Below are positions 23,229 through 27,488 of a stretch of 27,488 nt of DNA, one piece after another; position 1 is the first letter of the stretch, and each line of letters starts with the position of its first letter. The DNA is taken from IMG/VR virus record IMGVR_UViG_3300032332_000359, positions 1-27,488 of that record; one strand, given 5' to 3'. Below the pieces are notes generated by a model. The model worked only from the letters and a program-made list of their open reading frames with translations. It had not been told where the DNA came from and ran no database searches. Both the position numbers and the translations under genes were made by a program. This DNA comes from a virus. Its lineage: Duplodnaviria; Caudoviricetes.

Positions 23229-24785
23229 TCATTCCTCCGTCATTTGCCTGTATAAATCTATGATACGTTCGTGGTTGTTGATGTTACCGCGCAGCATCGA
23301 GTACAACCTGTCTTCAACCTCACTGCCTCGTATGTGCACAATAGTCATAGCGTTTTTCTGCCCGGGACGATTGATACGGGCGTTTGCTTGCAGGTAAGTC
23401 TCCACGCTGGTTACCGGCGCATACCATATTACAGTATCTGCTGCTGTAAGCGTAAGCCCATGCGATGCAGCCTGTGGCTGGATGAGCAGCACGTGCGGGT
23501 TCTTCTTGGTCTGGAACTCGGTGACTATATCCGTGCGCTTGTTGACCGAAACCTTACCGTTGATGACATCACAGGTGATGCCTTCCTTTTGCAGCTTGGC
23601 CCGTAGTAGCTCAATGGTATGCGTGAACGGCACGAAGACCAGCACCTTGCTAGTAGCCTCGGCTATGACTTCCAGCACAGCGTTCAAGCGGGTAGACACA
23701 TCGAACTCTATGACCTCACCAGTGTCCGAATACACCGCACCTCCGCTTATCTGGAGTAGCTTGTTGATCTTGACCGCTGCGTTGACTGCGCTGACTTCTT
23801 CACCTGCTGCCTCAAGAAGCATCTCGGTCTTAAGCTGCTTGTAATACTTTGCTTGCTGTACGGTGAGGGGTGCGTCACGATCTAGGTAAGTCACGGCAGG
23901 TAGGTCGAGACAGTCTTTCTTCTCGAACCGAATGGCTGGCTGTAGCATCTTATGCACATAAGCATCGGAGCCGGGTTTAGGTGTCCACTTGAACTTCGTT
24001 ACCGGATACATCGTCTCGGCACGGAAGTGGCTGTAGTAGTTGGGGCATTTGCTGGGGTTAACTAGCTTAGCCAGCCCGTAGGCGTCCAGTGGACTTTGTG
24101 CTGCTGGCGTACCAGTAAGCATCCACAGCCGGGGTGTATTCGTCTTGACGATCTCGTTCAGCACCTTCCAGCGGTTTGTTTGCACATTCTTATATGCGTT
24201 CGCCTCGTCCACCACGATAAGGTCAAAGCCACCAGCTATGATATCATCCTTGATGATAGCCAGCCCGTCATAGTTAACGATGACGAACTCTGCACCAGCG
24301 GCGACAATCTTCTTGCGGGTCTTAGCGTCACCGTGAGCCACGCCGCATGAGCGGTGCATTGCGAACTTGAACAAGTCCTGCTGCCATGCTGACTTCATGA
24401 TTGACAGGGGGCACAGCACCAGCACACGTTTAATATCGCCGCGCTTTATCAGGTAGTCTGCTGCCCATATGACGCTAGCTGTCTTACCTGTACCCTGCTC
24501 GTTGAAGCAGAAGGCGCGATCATATAACGTCAAGAAGGACGCTGTTGTTTTCTGGTGCTCGAACGGAGTGAGCTTACCAGTCCATGTATAATCCCGCAGG
24601 ATCGGTGAGGGTATGTCCTTATGCTCAAGCAGCGCAAGGGTTTGGGCTTCCTCTAGCCCCCATCTAACTAGCACTTTGTATTTGCTCCCGTTGGTTGAGA
24701 CCACCGCGCTCTTTATGATGCTGTCGGTAATCAGGTTGGGTTCCGCTGTCTCTATGAGCAACGCTTTGTTTTCAACTATCTCCAC
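23229..24785 (-). CDS. SNF2-family (superfamily 2) helicase
   Basis: NEQGTGKT, LVLCPLS, IVVDEAN, MLTGTP, HGLTLT and QANARINRPGQ motifs; GTG 24785 (GGAG upstream) is the likelier start than 24821. Confidence 0.9.
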   Translation of the reverse strand: MEIVENKALLIETAEPNLITDSIIKSAVVSTNGSKYKVLVRWGLEEAQTLALLEHKDIPSPILRDYTWTGKLTPFEHQKTTASFLTLYDRAFCFNEQGTGKTASVIWAADYLIKRGDIKRVLVLCPLSIMKSAWQQDLFKFAMHRSCGVAHGDAKTRKKIVAAGAEFVIVNYDGLAIIKDDIIAGGFDLIVVDEANAYKNVQTNRWKVLNEIVKTNTPRLWMLTGTPAAQSPLDAYGLAKLVNPSKCPNYYSHFRAETMYPVTKFKWTPKPGSDAYVHKMLQPAIRFEKKDCLDLPAVTYLDRDAPLTVQQAKYYKQLKTEMLLEAAGEEVSAVNAAVKINKLLQISGGAVYSDTGEVIEFDVSTRLNAVLEVIAEATSKVLVFVPFTHTIELLRAKLQKEGITCDVINGKVSVNKRTDIVTEFQTKKNPHVLLIQPQAASHGLTLTAADTVIWYAPVTSVETYLQANARINRPGQKNAMTIVHIRGSEVEDRLYSMLRGNINNHERIIDLYRQMTEE

Positions 24786-25080
24786 GCTTCTTGCGCTCCC
24801 GCTTGCTAACCTCGGATACAAGGTTGCGTTTGCTATCCCTAACGAAAGAACGGTTCTTAGCTGCGCTCTCTACACGCACACCATTCTTGTTCGAGCCGCC
24901 TTTGTCGAAGGCCACCTTATGAGCAACGTCTTTACCGTCACCCTTCTTGACCTTACCAGCCTTCATCATCTTGGCACGAGCAGCGTTACGCGCAGCGCGG
25001 TTCTTCTTCTGTTCTGGCTGCGCTTCATAGGCTGCGGCAGCGCCTGTATACTTGCGGTCCTTAGGGTTTTTGTAAGGCAT
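24772..25080 (-). CDS. small basic HNH-endonuclease-like protein (possibly degenerate)
   Basis: ATG 25080 after GGAG, overlapping the nuclease stop (TGATG); KGDGKDVAHK...KGGSN...VRV...KNRS resembles phage HNH proteins. Confidence 0.6.
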   Translation of the reverse strand: MPYKNPKDRKYTGAAAAYEAQPEQKKNRAARNAARAKMMKAGKVKKGDGKDVAHKVAFDKGGSNKNGVRVESAAKNRSFVRDSKRNLVSEVSKRERKKRGDS

Positions 25081-25754
25081 CACCATCTCCTCTTGGGCCT
25101 CCAGTGTGCGCATTCTACCACAGGACACCAGCCGCATAAAGGGCCAGACTTCGGGTTGAACACGCCGTTCTCAAGCGCATCGTTAAGGTTTTCAAGCTGC
25201 GTATCAAACACGGAAAGATACTGATCGAGCTTTGCTCTTACGTGTACTTTCTTAGGGAACTCATTTGATACAACATATAGCAGACCGGATTTAATCTCCT
25301 GCACCTGCGGGTAGTGTACGAAGATAGCACCAGCCATAAGATCAAGCTGCTTCATGTCTGCGTACTTGGCGTTCTTGCCCGTCTTGTAATCTAACAGGAA
25401 TGCACGTTCACCGTCGATAATCAGCAAGTCGATGATGCCGCGATACCATACGTCTTTATCAAAGAAGGTGCATGGCTCGAAACCATCGGGGCCTTTGCGT
25501 AAGCCTACCTTCATCTCGGTACGCTTCTCACCGGAGAAACCGGCAAGCCGTTCCACAATAGGTCGCATGTAAGCAAACTTATCGGGGATAGGCTTACCGT
25601 CTCTGATAAACTCCTCGGCAGCTAAATGCACAGCGGTCCCGTAATCGGCAGCTTCTCCGGGTTCGTCCTTGATATCCTTCACAACCTTGAGGTGAAAGTA
25701 CTTCTTCGGACATTGCTCGAAAGTCTTGATACTGCTGTAGGACCACGCTGTCAT
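25080..25754 (-). CDS. PD-(D/E)XK exonuclease, Cas4/RecB-like with Fe-S cysteines
   Basis: SYSSIKTFEQCP, GTAVH, GIIDLL, DYKTGK, QL and C-terminal CGWCPVVEC. Confidence 0.88.
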   Translation of the reverse strand: MTAWSYSSIKTFEQCPKKYFHLKVVKDIKDEPGEAADYGTAVHLAAEEFIRDGKPIPDKFAYMRPIVERLAGFSGEKRTEMKVGLRKGPDGFEPCTFFDKDVWYRGIIDLLIIDGERAFLLDYKTGKNAKYADMKQLDLMAGAIFVHYPQVQEIKSGLLYVVSNEFPKKVHVRAKLDQYLSVFDTQLENLNDALENGVFNPKSGPLCGWCPVVECAHWRPKRRW

Positions 25755-25755
25755 G

Positions 25756-26268
25756 TTACCTGCTTTTTCCTTGGAGACGGTCAGCTACTAGCGTAGCATA
25801 ACCAGCTATATCAAGCCAGCTATCTCTGTGCGCTGGGTTACCATTTACGATGCGGCTTAGCTTCACTGCGATCATATCCAATGACATCAACTGGTCAGGG
25901 TATAAGTGCAAGTCATTACGGGCAATCGCATTGTGCATGGCACTCTTAATCTTAATAGCCGTGTCTGCGGATTGCATGTATGAACCGTACTGTTCTTCCC
26001 TTTTGTCTAGCACAGTATCCAGCTCTTCCCTAGTCGTGACTTCGGGTTCTGGCTTAGGTGTAAAGGTACAAGCCTCTTTAACAGCTTCTGCGGCTTTAAT
26101 TATGACTTCATCTGCCGTGGTTATGGCTTCCCCTGCTGCTTCTTCCAACCTTTTCTTAACTAAGTAGATGTAGCTTTCGCTTGTCTTGGCAAGCTTCTTA
26201 ATGGTTTTAATTGAATAGCCACGGTTCAGTAGCTTTATAATATCCGCTGCTTTGTTATTCTTACTCAT
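25756..26268 (-). CDS. DUF6378-like protein with N-terminal HTH-like segment
   Basis: REEQYG...MIAVKLSRIVNG...HRDSWLDIAGYA pattern; AAGGAG RBS; basic helical N-terminus. Confidence 0.7.
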   Translation of the reverse strand: MSKNNKAADIIKLLNRGYSIKTIKKLAKTSESYIYLVKKRLEEAAGEAITTADEVIIKAAEAVKEACTFTPKPEPEVTTREELDTVLDKREEQYGSYMQSADTAIKIKSAMHNAIARNDLHLYPDQLMSLDMIAVKLSRIVNGNPAHRDSWLDIAGYATLVADRLQGKSR

Positions 26269-26280
26269 TTCATTTGCTCC

Positions 26281-27036
26281 TTACTTTAGGTTTCCGCCTG
26301 ATTTCAAAATGTCCCCGTTGTAAACATATGTCCCAACATGGTCCAACTTCACGAAGGGGTGGGCGTATATCTTCCCCCCGTGCTTGCGAAACAGTTCGCA
26401 AAAGTGGTAGTCCTCTGACAGCAATGCACCTGTCTCGTCTATCGACGTAGCGAAGTACTCATGCGTCAGTGGCTTGTCATACTCACCATCTGGCTTGATG
26501 AATGAGGATGTCCGGTAGGTTGGTACGTGTGGCGCAAGGTGGTCGAATACCCCCCGCCTGATAAGCATGAAGCCTGTGCCACCATGCCGCACCTCGATTG
26601 TGCCTCGGTCATCAGTCTCAGCGTGTGCGTCACCTACCATGTTAAACACAAACGCACCTGCATGGTCTTGTATGTCGTCCTTACCAGCGGCCACCGCACG
26701 TTTGACGCTGTCCCAGTTCACTTCCTTCTTGGGGTAGATACCGCATACGATATCATCGTCCACGGCCAGCAGATGTGCGATAGCTTGTCCGTCGAAACCA
26801 ATGTCGGCGTCGATGAACATCAGGTAGTCACAGTCTGTGGTTAAAAAAGTACGTACAAGCTCGTTGCGACCACGGGTGATAAGGCTCTCGTTGGTAAGGT
26901 GTGCCCAACGCACCTCGACACCCAGTTCACGCATCGTTGACATAGTGTTGAGCAAGCCCATCACATACATGCCTGTACACATGCCCCCGTACATGGGGGT
27001 GGCAATCATAATCTTAGGGCGTTTCTCGTCAGTCAT
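26281..27036 (-). CDS. GT-A fold (family 2-like) glycosyltransferase
   Basis: IMIATPMYGG, ESLITRGRN, YLMFIDAD (DxD), GTGFMLI, LSEDYHFC, LDHVG. Confidence 0.85.
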   Translation of the reverse strand: MTDEKRPKIMIATPMYGGMCTGMYVMGLLNTMSTMRELGVEVRWAHLTNESLITRGRNELVRTFLTTDCDYLMFIDADIGFDGQAIAHLLAVDDDIVCGIYPKKEVNWDSVKRAVAAGKDDIQDHAGAFVFNMVGDAHAETDDRGTIEVRHGGTGFMLIRRGVFDHLAPHVPTYRTSSFIKPDGEYDKPLTHEYFATSIDETGALLSEDYHFCELFRKHGGKIYAHPFVKLDHVGTYVYNGDILKSGGNLK

Positions 27037-27202
27037 CTGCTTTCGCCTTCTTCAATTTCCTATAGCGGCACTCCACGGAAGCAATCGTAAGCCCCATCTG
27101 CTCCGCCATGTACGCTGGCCTTAGGCCGTGTTGGTAATACTCTAGTAACTGTGCGTCCTTCTCAGGTGTCCACACCCGTTTAGGTCTACTTACTGTTGGC
27201 AC
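27029..27202 (-). CDS. small Myb/GcrA-like HTH protein (57 aa), absent from the ORF track
   Basis: GTG overlapping the upstream stop (TAGTG); MPTVSRPKRVWTPEKDAQLLEYYQHGLRPAYMAEQMGLTIASVECRYRKLKKAKADD*. Confidence 0.7.
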   Translation of the reverse strand: MPTVSRPKRVWTPEKDAQLLEYYQHGLRPAYMAEQMGLTIASVECRYRKLKKAKADD

Positions 27203-27372
27203 TACTTACCGCCTTTGAAACGGCCACGCTCGTCATGGTCTGTCAGCTTATGTAGTTCGGCATTGAGCCGCTCGTTATCTTCTTTGATTTGTCCCGTACG
27301 GGTAACCGTAAGAACTATTCCGACAAAGAGACCGCTCAAGGCACCGGCAACAAAACTAATTAGCTCAAACAT
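27202..27372 (-). CDS. small single-pass membrane protein (56 aa), absent from the ORF track
   Basis: AAGGA upstream; MFELISFVAGALSGLFVGIVLTVT (hydrophobic), a short coiled coil, then DERGRFKGGK*. Confidence 0.7.
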   Translation of the reverse strand: MFELISFVAGALSGLFVGIVLTVTRTGQIKEDNERLNAELHKLTDHDERGRFKGGK

Positions 27373-27376
27373 ATCC

Positions 27377-27487
27377 TTATCCTTTCTTGCGTACTACTAA
27401 CTGGTAACCAACGTGGACCATCTCGGCTGTCTCACCAAAGATGTTAGTGAAAGCGTCGATTGCAATCTTAGGGCGGTGCAGATCGGA
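27377..27487 (-). CDS. 3' end of a probable class I SAM-dependent methyltransferase (Methyltransf_24-like), partial
   Basis: Only 36 residues are visible: SDLHRPKIAIDAFTNIFGETAEMVHVGYQLVVRKKG*. The PKxAIDAF...YQL ending resembles that family. Confidence 0.5.
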   Translation of the reverse strand, partial: SDLHRPKIAIDAFTNIFGETAEMVHVGYQLVVRKKG

Positions 27488-27488
27488 A

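Noticed and set aside
25080-25754. Cas4-like nuclease as evidence for a CRISPR system
   Set aside because: No repeat-spacer array or other cas genes seen; stand-alone Cas4-like nucleases are common in phage replication modules.
1-27488. Stop-codon reassignment, tRNA genes, integrase or transposase
   Set aside because: Genes tile densely under the standard code with TAA, TAG and TGA all used as stops; no such elements were recognised by eye.

Overview
A 27.5-kb piece of a tailed dsDNA phage genome with podovirus-like organisation, translated with the standard code. It has two convergent, tightly packed modules. The + strand (1-18197) carries virion genes: repeat-rich tail proteins, a tail fibre with a small tip protein, a P22 gp10/nozzle-like protein, a protein with a C1q/TNF-like C-terminus, three probable ejection proteins (one with a peptidase M15 signature) and a 2316-aa polyvalent-type protein. 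The - strand (27488-18282) carries early/replication genes: a methyltransferase fragment, a small membrane protein, a Myb/GcrA-like HTH protein, a GT-A glycosyltransferase, a DUF6378-like protein, a Cas4-like PD-(D/E)XK nuclease, an HNH-like protein, a SNF2 helicase, an SSB-like protein, a Cro-like HTH protein and an AEP primase-helicase. The most notable unannotated signals are four. (1) A candidate ~72-nt small RNA in the 84-bp gap between the modules, with its own sigma70-like promoter and terminator, whose 5' hairpin is exactly complementary to the ribosome-binding sites of two early genes. (2) A 57-codon gene nested out of frame inside the giant gene. (3) An inserted HopA1/phosphothreonine-lyase-like cassette in the giant protein. 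(4) A recurring [MYF]-A-x-G-G motif in the ejection proteins. All family assignments come from recognising motifs by eye, not from database searches.
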